In this document: piece after piece, positions 9,162-18,029 of the stretch
How the letters are laid out: each line of letters opens with the position of its first letter
How positions within the stretch are numbered: position 1 is the stretch's first letter
Source of the DNA: Candidatus Limnocylindrus sp.
Lineage (GTDB): Bacteria; Chloroflexota; Limnocylindria; Limnocylindrales; Limnocylindraceae
Direction: 5' to 3'
DNA: 64,000 nucleotides
Assembly (NCBI GenBank): GCA_040397175.1
Contig: JBBAWM010000001.1
Location: 217,976 to 281,975 of the forward strand
The notes under the pieces: model-generated
The model's input: the letters and a program-made list of their open reading frames with translations, nothing else
The model's database searches: none
What the model was told of the DNA's origin: nothing
Program-made: the position numbers and the translations under genes

Positions 9162-10123
9162 GCGGTGGTATCTGGGAGCTGCGTCGCGATGAGATCACGG
9201 GGTGGTGGTCGGCCACGGTGGTCGACCGAGGGTTTCAGCCGCAGCGATTTCATGAGGAGCGCACTTCGGGAGCCCGCGAAGTGGAGTGTACGAATTGCAC
9301 GCAGTCTGATGCCACAGCGGTAACGCGACGTGTGCTGCGGCAGGGCGCGTTCCACTCCGTCGGCACGCGCATGGACGCGGCGGCGGGAGAATCTGGGTTC
9401 CTTACGTTGAGCGATGTGGACCGCGCCGGCTCGTGGTCGACGCTCATCGCGCCAGGTCACGAACACGGCGAGCTCGATGAGGTGCCCGTGACTGTGGTGT
9501 CGGCGCTCTTGATGGCAATCCGCGATCACCTGCGGAGCGCGCGCGACCTTGGCGCAACCGCCTACATTCAATACGTCCGCAATGCCGGGGGGCAGGCGGG
9601 CGCAATGACCGATCACCTCTGCTTCGACGCCTACGACCTGCCACAGGTGCCGCACCGACTCGCCGAAGAGATTGGCGGTGCGGCACGGCTCTCCATTCGC
9701 GCCGGCGGTTGCGCCTACTGCCATCTCGTCGCCGATGAGTCACACGGTGGGCGACGCATGCTCCATCGAGATCCGTTCGGCCTGGTGGTTGCGCCATTCG
9801 CCAGCCGTTCGGCGTTCGAGACGTGGATCGTGCCGAACGCCCACGGCGCCGACTTCGCCGATGCTGACGCCGCGACCATCGCCGGATTCGCCGGCACGAT
9901 CCAGATTGCGGTCCGCGCGCTTCGGGCGATCGGCATGCCGCCATACAACCTCATGTTGCACACCGCACCCCTTCGCGAGCGCGTCGACGGCACCTATCAC
10001 TGGCACTGGGAGCTTCATCCACGCCTCCGTCCGATCGGTGGCCTCGAACTCGCCTCGGGGATTCCCGTGGTGCCGATCTCCCCCGAGGAGGCGGTTGCGG
10101 AACTGCGCCGCGCCCTCACCTAG
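9158..10123 (+). CDS. Galactose-1-phosphate uridylyltransferase-like (HIT superfamily) protein with degenerate active site
   Basis: ELRRDEITGWW, CxxC x2, APFASR..FETWIVP, YHWHWELHPR, GGLELASG; the HPH motif reads HLC. Confidence 0.8.
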   Translation: MSGGIWELRRDEITGWWSATVVDRGFQPQRFHEERTSGAREVECTNCTQSDATAVTRRVLRQGAFHSVGTRMDAAAGESGFLTLSDVDRAGSWSTLIAPGHEHGELDEVPVTVVSALLMAIRDHLRSARDLGATAYIQYVRNAGGQAGAMTDHLCFDAYDLPQVPHRLAEEIGGAARLSIRAGGCAYCHLVADESHGGRRMLHRDPFGLVVAPFASRSAFETWIVPNAHGADFADADAATIAGFAGTIQIAVRALRAIGMPPYNLMLHTAPLRERVDGTYHWHWELHPRLRPIGGLELASGIPVVPISPEEAVAELRRALT

Positions 10124-10147
10124 CCACCCTGCTATCGTTCCGCAGCA

Positions 10148-10181
10148 CCCGCAACGTGGTCGGCAGAGATCGGCCGGCGGG
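10148..10181 (+). promoter_or_regulatory. Putative PyrR-binding stem-loop in the pyrR leader
   Basis: cccgc-aacgt-ggtcgg-CAGAGA-tcggcc-g-gcggg hairpin with CNGNGA-type hexaloop, directly upstream of SD AAGGAG; -10-like TATCGT upstream. Confidence 0.55.
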
Positions 10182-10196
10182 GCAAAGGAGTGAACG

Positions 10197-10769
10197 ATGG
10201 CACGACAGGTGATGAACGCCGAAGAGATCCGCCGGGCACTGACCCGCATCTCGCATGAAATCATTGAAAAAGAAGGGACCGAAGGTCTCGTCGTCGTTGG
10301 TATTCAGCGGCGCGGTGTGCCGTTGGCAAAGGTGATCGTCGAAGCGATCAAGGAGCATGAAGGCGTCACCGTTGAATCGGGCACCCTCGACATCAGCTTC
10401 TATCGTGATGACCTCTCAACGATCTCTGTTGCTCCGGTGCATCGTGGAACATCGATCCCTGGCGACATCACCGGCAAGACGGTGATCCTCGTTGACGACG
10501 TGCTCTATACGGGTCGCACGATTCGCGCCGGCCTTGACGCCCTCATCGACTTCGGTCGACCTAAGGCGATTCGCCTCGTCGCGCTGATTGACCGCGGTCA
10601 CCGTGAGCTTCCGATTCGAGCGGACCACGTGGGTAAGAACATCCCAACGACCAGTGAAGAGGTCGTACGCGTCTGCGTGCAGGAGATCGACGGCGAAGAC
10701 CTCGTTAAGGTGGAGCTGCTCGCCGAGCACCTCGCCGCGAACGACGCGGCCGCCAAGGCGAAGGCTTGA
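10197..10769 (+). CDS. pyrR: Bifunctional pyr regulator / uracil phosphoribosyltransferase PyrR
   Basis: TRISHEIIEK, LDISFYRDD, LVDDVLYTGRTIRA, DRGHRELPIRAD. Confidence 0.97.
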   Translation: MARQVMNAEEIRRALTRISHEIIEKEGTEGLVVVGIQRRGVPLAKVIVEAIKEHEGVTVESGTLDISFYRDDLSTISVAPVHRGTSIPGDITGKTVILVDDVLYTGRTIRAGLDALIDFGRPKAIRLVALIDRGHRELPIRADHVGKNIPTTSEEVVRVCVQEIDGEDLVKVELLAEHLAANDAAAKAKA

Positions 10770-11140
10770 GCGATCCGGTGACCGGTCAACCACAGGGTTC
10801 CGACGCGATGCCCGAGTACAAAGGCGGCCCCCTCGATGCTGACCGTGGTCCCGGCCTCGGCTGCTTCTGGATCCAGGCGGTGGCGCTCGTTGTGGCAATG
10901 GTCCTCGCGCCACTGTCGGCGGTGCTGAACTGGCCGGCCCCGATCGCGATCGGGCTCCTCGTTCTGGTGGTCATCCTGCTCCTACTCGTGGGCCAAACCT
11001 CGATCTTCCTGTTGCGCCTGGTGGCCGCCGATCGGAAGGGGCGCCGTGCCCCAATGCGGAGCGCGTCGAAGACGGTTGGCCAGCTGGAGGATGAGTCGAA
11101 GGGCGACAAGGGGAGCGACGGCGTGGGAGAATCACGCTAA
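10766..11140 (+). CDS. Small 2-TM membrane protein, hypothetical
   Basis: Start overlaps pyrR stop (TTGA); two hydrophobic helices after GPGLGCFW. Confidence 0.7.
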   Translation: MSDPVTGQPQGSDAMPEYKGGPLDADRGPGLGCFWIQAVALVVAMVLAPLSAVLNWPAPIAIGLLVLVVILLLLVGQTSIFLLRLVAADRKGRRAPMRSASKTVGQLEDESKGDKGSDGVGESR

Positions 11141-11466
11141 TGCCAGTACTTGCAACCTACTTCTCGATTCGACGGGGGCGCGACCCCTTCTTTAAGTTCT
11201 TCATGCGCACCCTCTTCCCCCGAACGGTGAAGGAGTACGAGAAGAGGTTCGGCATCAAGTTCCTCGGCTGGTACAACGTGGCGCACGGCTGGGACTTTGA
11301 CAACGTGATCATGTTCGATCTTCCCGACTACGGCACCCTTGACAAGCTTGAGGCTGACGAATCATCGCGAGCCCTCGGCCATCGCGCGGGGGAGTGGATG
11401 TTTGAGCGCCACCACTCCATGTTCTTGCGAGAGCGTCTCTCTTCTGATCTGGAGTACACGGGCTGA
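11140..11466 (+). CDS. Hypothetical protein, possibly dimeric alpha+beta barrel (NIPSNAP/GYD-like)
   Basis: Translationally coupled (TAATG); GIKFLGWY...WDFDNVIMFDLPDY pattern. Confidence 0.7.
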   Translation: MPVLATYFSIRRGRDPFFKFFMRTLFPRTVKEYEKRFGIKFLGWYNVAHGWDFDNVIMFDLPDYGTLDKLEADESSRALGHRAGEWMFERHHSMFLRERLSSDLEYTG

Positions 11467-11924
11467 TGATCTTCGGACGAAAGCCAAAGGTAGAGGCGGC
11501 TCCGATTGACGGCGTGCCAGCGCTCTCACATGAGGTTGTGCGCCGCTACGCAGAAGCTGCCGAAGCGGCTGGCTCGGAGCGACTACTGGCGATTGAGCAT
11601 GCAACGGAGCGACTGGGCCGCTACCTTCGCGAACATCGCACCGTACTGCTCACCGCAGCGCCGCTCACCCTCGCTGGAACCGTTGAGGCGCCAGAGCTGG
11701 TCTTGCAACAGGATGGCGGGTTCACCATGAGCTCAACCGATGCCGAAGGCTCCGTATCATTTGATCACGTCAGCATCTCCGAGGTGGTCGAACTTTGGGG
11801 CGCCGCCGACCTCTACGACCGAATCGAGGCGGCACTTCGTTCTGCCGCTGGCCTTGCACCACGACCAACCGGTGCGATCGTGGCGGGCCTCGGCGTGGCC
11901 GGGGACGACCGCGCGTCGGTCTGA
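11466..11924 (+). CDS. Hypothetical protein
   Basis: Translationally coupled (TGATG) within the pyrR operon. Confidence 0.65.
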   Translation: MIFGRKPKVEAAPIDGVPALSHEVVRRYAEAAEAAGSERLLAIEHATERLGRYLREHRTVLLTAAPLTLAGTVEAPELVLQQDGGFTMSSTDAEGSVSFDHVSISEVVELWGAADLYDRIEAALRSAAGLAPRPTGAIVAGLGVAGDDRASV

Positions 11925-11930
11925 ACTGCG

Positions 11931-12782
11931 GTGGGCAGCACGCCCGTCGCCGGTGAACTCCTCGCGATTAGCGAACTTGCCCCTGGTCGCATCACACTGG
12001 AGTTCCGCGCCCCAACGCTGATCGCTGCCCTCCGCCCGGGTCATGCGCTCCACGTCGTACGCCCAGAGTCGGGTGGCTATCGTGTGCGCCGTGTTGCCCC
12101 AGTGTCACGCGTTGACTTGCTTCGCAGCAGCGTCGAGGTCGCACTGCAGCCGCGCGCCGACGGGGGCCAAGATGCGCTCGCTGGCCTGCGCATTGGCGAA
12201 GTGATCGAACTGATCGGGCCCATTGGGCAACCGATCCTCATCAACAAGTCGACGATGCGGCTGCTGCTCATCGCCGATGTCGAGGGGTTCGCCTGGGTAC
12301 GCGCGCTCGCGATCGCTGCAACGGGCGCAGGCATAAGCGTGACCGTGCTCCAGCAGGCCGAGACGGCTGGGGACCTTCCGCCAGCAAGCCTCCTCCCCGA
12401 TGTGGTGGAAATTGTCGTCGCCACGAGCGATGGCAGCATCGGCCATCGTGGCACCATCGTCGACCTCTTCGCCGAATATCTCGCGTGGGCGGATCAGGCG
12501 GTTGTCGCAGCGAGTGCCGAGATTCGCGCCGCCGCAACGTCCGCCGTACTTCGACAAGGCGTTGCAGATCGCACCACCGCGAGCGGCAAGCCCTCGCGTG
12601 CGCGCTCCGCACTGGCAGGGGAACGAGCCCCGCGCCTGCAGGCGTTGCTGGCGCATGAGATCGGTTGCGGCATTGGCGCATGTGGCGGCTGTACCGTCGC
12701 AACGCGTGCGGGCCAGGTGCGCCTCTGTCGCGAAGGTCCAGCGGTTGACGCAACCGGCTCCTCCTCGAGCGGTGGTGCATAA
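11931..12782 (+). CDS. pyrK: Dihydroorotate dehydrogenase electron-transfer subunit-like (PyrK-like), divergent
   Basis: GPIG, ATSDGSIG, [2Fe-2S] motif CGIGACGGC...LCREGP. Confidence 0.8.
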   Translation: MGSTPVAGELLAISELAPGRITLEFRAPTLIAALRPGHALHVVRPESGGYRVRRVAPVSRVDLLRSSVEVALQPRADGGQDALAGLRIGEVIELIGPIGQPILINKSTMRLLLIADVEGFAWVRALAIAATGAGISVTVLQQAETAGDLPPASLLPDVVEIVVATSDGSIGHRGTIVDLFAEYLAWADQAVVAASAEIRAAATSAVLRQGVADRTTASGKPSRARSALAGERAPRLQALLAHEIGCGIGACGGCTVATRAGQVRLCREGPAVDATGSSSSGGA

Positions 12783-13814
12783 GTGCCCCCGAGGAAGCGC
12801 GCAAAGGTGGCGGCGCCACGCGCGAGCCGAACGGTGCGAGCCAAAGAGCCCGTGAACGAGCGAGTCAATCCCCAGACCGTAGACCTTGCCGTCACCCTTG
12901 GTGCGGAGCACCCGCTACGCATTGAACGCCCGATCGTTGTCGCCAGCGGACCGCTTGGATTTGGTAACGAGGCTGGTAGCGCAGTCGATCTCCGAGACGT
13001 TGGCCTTTTCGTTGTGCGCGGTATCTCACTACGTCCACGATACGGTGGCCTCATGCCACGATTGGTCGAGGTGCCGGGAGGCCTCATGCACGCCGTGAAC
13101 CGTGAGAATCCAGGGGCCGATGAGGTGATGGATCGACACGGTGCAAGTTGGCGATCGGCACCCTGCGCGGTCGCACTCTCCCTGGTGGCAGGCTCGGTGA
13201 AGGAGCTGGCGCAACTCATCGCACGAGTAGAACGACGTGCAGACGAACTCGGCATCGTCGCCCTTGAAGTGGACCTCACCGCCCCATGCGATGGCCTTGA
13301 AGGGAGCCGTTGGGAATCGTCAGCGGACGAGTCGCTGCGCCTGATTGATACGGCACGTGGCGCAACCGATCGACCGCTCATCGCAAAGGTGTCGGCGGCG
13401 GCGAGCGAACTCCGCCGTCTATCAAGTGAGTCGCTCGACGCGGGGATCGATGTGCTTTCGGTGAGTGGATCCCCGTACGGATTTCTTCCCGATCGCGCGC
13501 GGCGCGGACCCGCCTTGGCGGCAGGCATTGGTGAGCTCTCCGGACCACTCGTGCGGCCCGCCGCGCTCGCGGCAATCGCCGAGGCGGCCAGCGGCGTTGG
13601 TGCACCAATCATTGGCGGGGGAGGAATTGGCTCGCCAGCCGATGCCCTCGACGCCTTCGCCGCCGGAGCGAGTGCAGTCAGTCTCGGAACGGCGCTTTGG
13701 GCAGACCCACGGCTCCCCCGAGCGGTCGGAGATTCGCTGCGGCGGGCCGTGGCCGCCCGTGGCGAGACCAATGTGATTGCACTTCGTGGCAGTGCGCTCG
13801 GCGTTCACTCATGA
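12783..13814 (+). CDS. pyrD: Dihydroorotate dehydrogenase 1B catalytic subunit-like (PyrD-like), active site degenerate
   Basis: ASGPLGFG, ENPG, LSGP, IIGGGGI, AGASAVSLGTA; downstream of pyrK. Confidence 0.75.
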   Translation: MPPRKRAKVAAPRASRTVRAKEPVNERVNPQTVDLAVTLGAEHPLRIERPIVVASGPLGFGNEAGSAVDLRDVGLFVVRGISLRPRYGGLMPRLVEVPGGLMHAVNRENPGADEVMDRHGASWRSAPCAVALSLVAGSVKELAQLIARVERRADELGIVALEVDLTAPCDGLEGSRWESSADESLRLIDTARGATDRPLIAKVSAAASELRRLSSESLDAGIDVLSVSGSPYGFLPDRARRGPALAAGIGELSGPLVRPAALAAIAEAASGVGAPIIGGGGIGSPADALDAFAAGASAVSLGTALWADPRLPRAVGDSLRRAVAARGETNVIALRGSALGVHS

Positions 13815-14458
13815 GTGAACCGCCCCGTGGCCCATTGGATCACACCGTGGCCGCGCAACGCATTGAGGAGCTCTTGCTCTCGACCAGTGCGTTGCGACGT
13901 GGGCATTTTTTGTTTCAACATGGACGCCATGGAGATCGCTCCTTGGAGTTGCCCGCGCTCTTCCAGGATCGGGAAGCCACATCGGAGATCGCGCAGGAAA
14001 TCGCCACCCAGAGCCGACAGGTCGTTCAGGCGATTGGTGGAGAGATCGATCTTGTCGTCGGCTCCGCAGCGTGTGCGACGCTTCTGGCGATTGAGATCGG
14101 CCGACACCTTGGCGTGCCCGGCCTCACTGCCGAAGCGGTACGTGGCGCTGATGGCGTTGTGCGGTCTCTGCTTCCAGGGGAACCTCACGCTCCGCCGCGG
14201 GCGCGAGTCCTTCTCGTCGACGACGCGCTGACTACCGCCGGATCACTCCAGTCACTCCTTCCGCCACTGTACGCCGCAGGTGCCCATCCGATTGCCGCCG
14301 CCGTCGTTGTGCGTCATACGGCGGAGCTGACGTCGATTGAGGCGGAGGGGCGTGATCCGATTCCACTCATCGCCGGGATCACGATGAACCTGCCAACCTA
14401 TGCGGAAGGGGAGTGTCCGCTCTGTGCCGCGGGAGAGCCGCTGGTGCGTGGGGAGTAG
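13811..14458 (+). CDS. pyrE: Orotate phosphoribosyltransferase-like (PyrE-like), divergent
   Basis: GHFLFQHGRH, LLVDDALTTAGS, C-terminal CPLC; ATGA overlap with pyrD. Confidence 0.75.
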   Translation: MSEPPRGPLDHTVAAQRIEELLLSTSALRRGHFLFQHGRHGDRSLELPALFQDREATSEIAQEIATQSRQVVQAIGGEIDLVVGSAACATLLAIEIGRHLGVPGLTAEAVRGADGVVRSLLPGEPHAPPRARVLLVDDALTTAGSLQSLLPPLYAAGAHPIAAAVVVRHTAELTSIEAEGRDPIPLIAGITMNLPTYAEGECPLCAAGEPLVRGE

Positions 14459-14468
14459 TGGCCGCCCG

Positions 14469-15437
14469 CTAGTTTGTGGCGAGCTCTGCGAGCGCTGCGT
14501 CAATCTCCGCTGGGAGCACCACTCCTTCGAGCGAGCGAAGGATGCGCCCGTCGCCTCCGACCGTAAAGACCCAGGGCTCAACCGGCAGCTGCCACGCATC
14601 CACGATGCTCGTCGGCTGAAGGCCGCCGCTCGCGGCGAGGATGGGGATCAATCGCGTGCCATTCCAGCTCATTTGATATGGCTCAACGTGAATGATCACC
14701 ACCCCTGGGTGACGATCGGCCGCCACCTTCATGATCGCGAGCGTTGGTCCGCATGCCTGTGAAACACAGAAGGCTGGCGAGGCGAACACGATGACAAATG
14801 GGGTTCCGGTCGCGAGCAGTTCAGCAGCAGAGTGCGTATAGAAGTCGGACCGCGGAGTGGGGTCAGTGGAAACGCCAGCAACGCCGTGCGGGTCGGTGGC
14901 GGCGATTGGTGTGGCGACGTTCGGCGCCTTGTTCCCGGGCCGCGGCGCAACGCCAGCCAGCTGGACCAAGGCGGTGACGCGAATGAGTACGGTTGCACCC
15001 GCGGCATCCGTGCCACTAATGACGAGTCCAATCTCTCGCGCGCCAACTGGAATATTGGTGGTGCCAATGAAAAAGCCGCGAACATTGGTGATCGCCCACC
15101 CAAACGGGAGAGGCGATGCCGCTGCCAGTGGCGTGCAGCCGTCGGTGGTGATGTCAAAGACCTCGCCCTTCAGCGTCCAGTCTGGTGAGCCGAGTGGGAA
15201 GCTGGCAGCGTCCACGAGCCCGAGGATGATGCGCGTAGGGCCAGGTGCAAGGTCGCTATTGGCCAGCAGGGGGAGGGGTCCAGTCGAACTGGCCTGACCT
15301 GCGGCCGGCCACGCGTCGGTACACCCGTGGCGAGCGCTCCCGCCGGCGCTGGCGCTCGGTGAGGGGGTGGCGCCACTGCAGGCGACGAGGGCCGCACTGA
15401 GGGTGGTCAACATGGCGATCTGCACGAGCTTCTTCAC
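14469..15437 (-). CDS. Lipoprotein with C-terminal thioredoxin-like domain (CxxxxC)
   Basis: Lipobox LVAC; FASPAFCVSQACGP, IHVEPY, EPWVFTV; GTG start with TACAGT-N6. Confidence 0.8.
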   Translation of the reverse strand: MKKLVQIAMLTTLSAALVACSGATPSPSASAGGSARHGCTDAWPAAGQASSTGPLPLLANSDLAPGPTRIILGLVDAASFPLGSPDWTLKGEVFDITTDGCTPLAAASPLPFGWAITNVRGFFIGTTNIPVGAREIGLVISGTDAAGATVLIRVTALVQLAGVAPRPGNKAPNVATPIAATDPHGVAGVSTDPTPRSDFYTHSAAELLATGTPFVIVFASPAFCVSQACGPTLAIMKVAADRHPGVVIIHVEPYQMSWNGTRLIPILAASGGLQPTSIVDAWQLPVEPWVFTVGGDGRILRSLEGVVLPAEIDAALAELATN

Positions 15438-15484
15438 CAGATCACTGTATCCCACGTTTCTGAGGGTCGGCGTACCATCAGCGT

Positions 15485-17308
15485 ATGAAGAGTTTCCGCA
15501 CGGCACTACGACTCCTCCTCGCCGCCACCATCGGCCTCGTCGTGGTCGGCGTTATCGTCCGCGCCACGGAGTCCGGCATGGGCTGCCCCGACTGGCCACT
15601 CTGCTACGGCCAGCTGATTCCACCCACGGTCGATTCAGGAGAGGTGATCGCCTACAAGGCCTGGTTGGAGTGGATTCATCGCACCATCGCGGCGGGGATT
15701 GGCCTCATCGCCCTAGCGGTCGTGATCACTGCACTGCGCAACCTGAAGGGGCGTCGCTCGCTCCAGGGGGCGTCGATCGCCCTGCTGATCCTGGTCCTCT
15801 TCCAGGCCTGGCTGGGACGTCAAACGGTCTTGGAGTCCAACTCGGGGATCTCGGTGACGGCGCACCTCGCGACGGCGATGGCCTTCGTGGGCCTCCAAGT
15901 CTGGGTGCTGGCTCGAAGTGGGTACGCAGAGTCCCTTGCTGGCATTCGCCGCGCGAGCGGGAGCGTGGTTGCCCCAATCGTTGCTTCGGGGGCGATCTAC
16001 ACCTTACTGCTCTTCGGATCAAATGTGTCCGGCACGGAGACGGGGCTGCTCTATCCAGATTGGCCGCTCATGGGCGGCACGCTCTTCCCGCCTGTCACCG
16101 CACTCTCGATTCCGCAAATTGCACATCGATATGCCACGGCGATCGTGGCGCTCATCCTGATTTCGGCACTCTGGATCGTTCGCCGAGAGAAGGGGAGCCC
16201 CCCACGCGTACGCCAACTACTCACCTACGCCACCGCGGCATTTGCGGTGCAGTGCCTGATCGGCGCCGCGCAAATCTTCACCAAGCTCGCACCATGGACG
16301 CAGACGCTCCATGTGGCCCTTGCCACCATGATCTGGATCCTGACCGTTGGCGCCGCATCCGTTGCGCTGCTTGAGGGGCGCTCCGAAGGCACCACGCCGT
16401 CGGGTGGCGCTACCCGCAAAGGTCAGTCTCGCCGTGAGACGCTCTCGGCGTATATCGCGCTCACGAAGCCACGCATCGTCGAACTCCTCCTCATCACGAC
16501 CATCCCGGCGATGTTCCTCGCGGCACACGGCGTTCCGCCGCTCACACTCATCGCCGCAACGCTGATTGGTGGGACCCTCAGTGCGGCGAGCGCCAACGTC
16601 TTCAACTGCATCGTCGATGCCGACATCGACGCGCAGATGGCACGCACCGCCGCACGGCCGCTCGTCACCGGTCGAATTAGTGTCGGGTCGGCGCTGCTCT
16701 TTGCGAGCATCCTTGGCGTGACGAGCTTCCTCTTCCTTGCCATCACCACCACGATCATGGCGGCATTCGTCTCACTGCTTGCCATTGCCTTCTACGTGCT
16801 GATCTATACGCTGATCCTTAAGCGATCAACTCCACAGAACATCGTGATTGGCGGCGCAGCCGGCGCACTCCCACCTGTGATCGGCTGGGCTGCGGTAACG
16901 GGCGACATCTCGCTGGTGCCGATCCTGCTCTTCGCCCTCGTCTTCTATTGGACGCCGCCACACTTCTGGGCGCTCGCCCTTCGCATTGGTCCCGACTATG
17001 CCGCCGCTGGGGTGCCGATGCTCCCCGTCACCGCTGGCCCTGCGGAGACCGCGCGGCAGATCTGGCTCTACACGATTCTGCTGGTGTCGATGAGCCTGAT
17101 GCTCTGGGCGGTGGCGGGGATGGGACTCGTCTACTTCGGTGTCGCGGTGGTTGGTGGCGGCATCTTCCTGCTGCGGGCCTGGCGCCTGCGCAGCGATGTG
17201 CTTGGCGATCGACTACTGCGTGGCGCCACGCGGCTCTACCGCTTCTCGATTAGCTACCTCACACTGATCTTCGCCGCGATCGCGATCGACTCCATCCTGC
17301 CGCGCTAA
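15485..17308 (+). CDS. ctaB: Fused heme A synthase (CtaA) + protoheme IX farnesyltransferase (CtaB/CyoE)
   Basis: N-half GMGCPDWPLC, EWIHR; C-half LTKPRI, DIDAQMARTAARP, NIVIGGAAG, WTPPHF. Confidence 0.93.
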   Translation: MKSFRTALRLLLAATIGLVVVGVIVRATESGMGCPDWPLCYGQLIPPTVDSGEVIAYKAWLEWIHRTIAAGIGLIALAVVITALRNLKGRRSLQGASIALLILVLFQAWLGRQTVLESNSGISVTAHLATAMAFVGLQVWVLARSGYAESLAGIRRASGSVVAPIVASGAIYTLLLFGSNVSGTETGLLYPDWPLMGGTLFPPVTALSIPQIAHRYATAIVALILISALWIVRREKGSPPRVRQLLTYATAAFAVQCLIGAAQIFTKLAPWTQTLHVALATMIWILTVGAASVALLEGRSEGTTPSGGATRKGQSRRETLSAYIALTKPRIVELLLITTIPAMFLAAHGVPPLTLIAATLIGGTLSAASANVFNCIVDADIDAQMARTAARPLVTGRISVGSALLFASILGVTSFLFLAITTTIMAAFVSLLAIAFYVLIYTLILKRSTPQNIVIGGAAGALPPVIGWAAVTGDISLVPILLFALVFYWTPPHFWALALRIGPDYAAAGVPMLPVTAGPAETARQIWLYTILLVSMSLMLWAVAGMGLVYFGVAVVGGGIFLLRAWRLRSDVLGDRLLRGATRLYRFSISYLTLIFAAIAIDSILPR

Positions 17309-17332
17309 CGGCGAGGGGCTGCCGGCGAAGGA

Positions 17333-18019
17333 CTAGCGGCGATCGGCCGCCGCAGCCTGCCGCGCTGCTCGGCCACCGGGATCGAGCCTGCCGAGCCAGA
17401 ACTGCACCTGCGGTCCAATGGTGAGAGCGAACCAGATCGTGCCGAAGCCGAAGGTGCCGCCGAGCGCGATCCCCAAGATGCCCACAACCACCTCGATGGC
17501 GGTCCGCATCTTCCAGATCGGTTGACCGGTGCGGTGGTGGAGCCCAGTCATCAGTCCATCGCGTGGCCCGGGGCCATTACCGCTACCGATGTAGATGCCG
17601 GAGCCGATCCCAACGATTGCGGTGCCGGCGATCGCCAGCGCGCCGGCGAGCAGCGGCTGCGCGGCGACCTCTGCGGCCTGGGGTACTCCAACAAGGGTAA
17701 GAAGCGAAAGTTCGACATTCATTACCCAGCCGATGATCACGATGTTGCTGAGGGTGCCGAGCCCTGGGCGTTGACGAATGGGAATCCAGAGCAGCAGCAC
17801 GAAGATGCCACTGAGCTGCGCGGCCGTACCGATCTGGATGCCGAGCTGCTTGCTGAGCCCCTGATGCAGGATCTCCCACGATGGAAGGCCGACCCCTGCG
17901 GCGAGCATGAAGACCAGTCCGGTCGCGAAGACCGCCTGACCGGCGATGGATTGCGGGAAGCGCTTGAGCGCATCAGCGGTAATCGCCTGTGAGAGCCAGT
18001 TGCTGCGCGGTGTCGTCAT
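17333..18019 (-). CDS. YczE/YyaS/YitT-family membrane protein
   Basis: GLPSWEILHQG, RPGLGT, GPGPRDGLMTG, GTFGFGT. Confidence 0.88.
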   Translation of the reverse strand: MTTPRSNWLSQAITADALKRFPQSIAGQAVFATGLVFMLAAGVGLPSWEILHQGLSKQLGIQIGTAAQLSGIFVLLLWIPIRQRPGLGTLSNIVIIGWVMNVELSLLTLVGVPQAAEVAAQPLLAGALAIAGTAIVGIGSGIYIGSGNGPGPRDGLMTGLHHRTGQPIWKMRTAIEVVVGILGIALGGTFGFGTIWFALTIGPQVQFWLGRLDPGGRAARQAAAADRR

Positions 18020-18029
18020 GCGGTTCCCC

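Noticed and set aside
12494-13771. 425-aa antisense ORF (also 8666..9724, 29531..30466, 42035..42970 and many similar)
   Set aside because: Shadow ORFs opposite well-supported genes; Arg/Ser/Ala-rich with no motifs, as expected in high-GC DNA.
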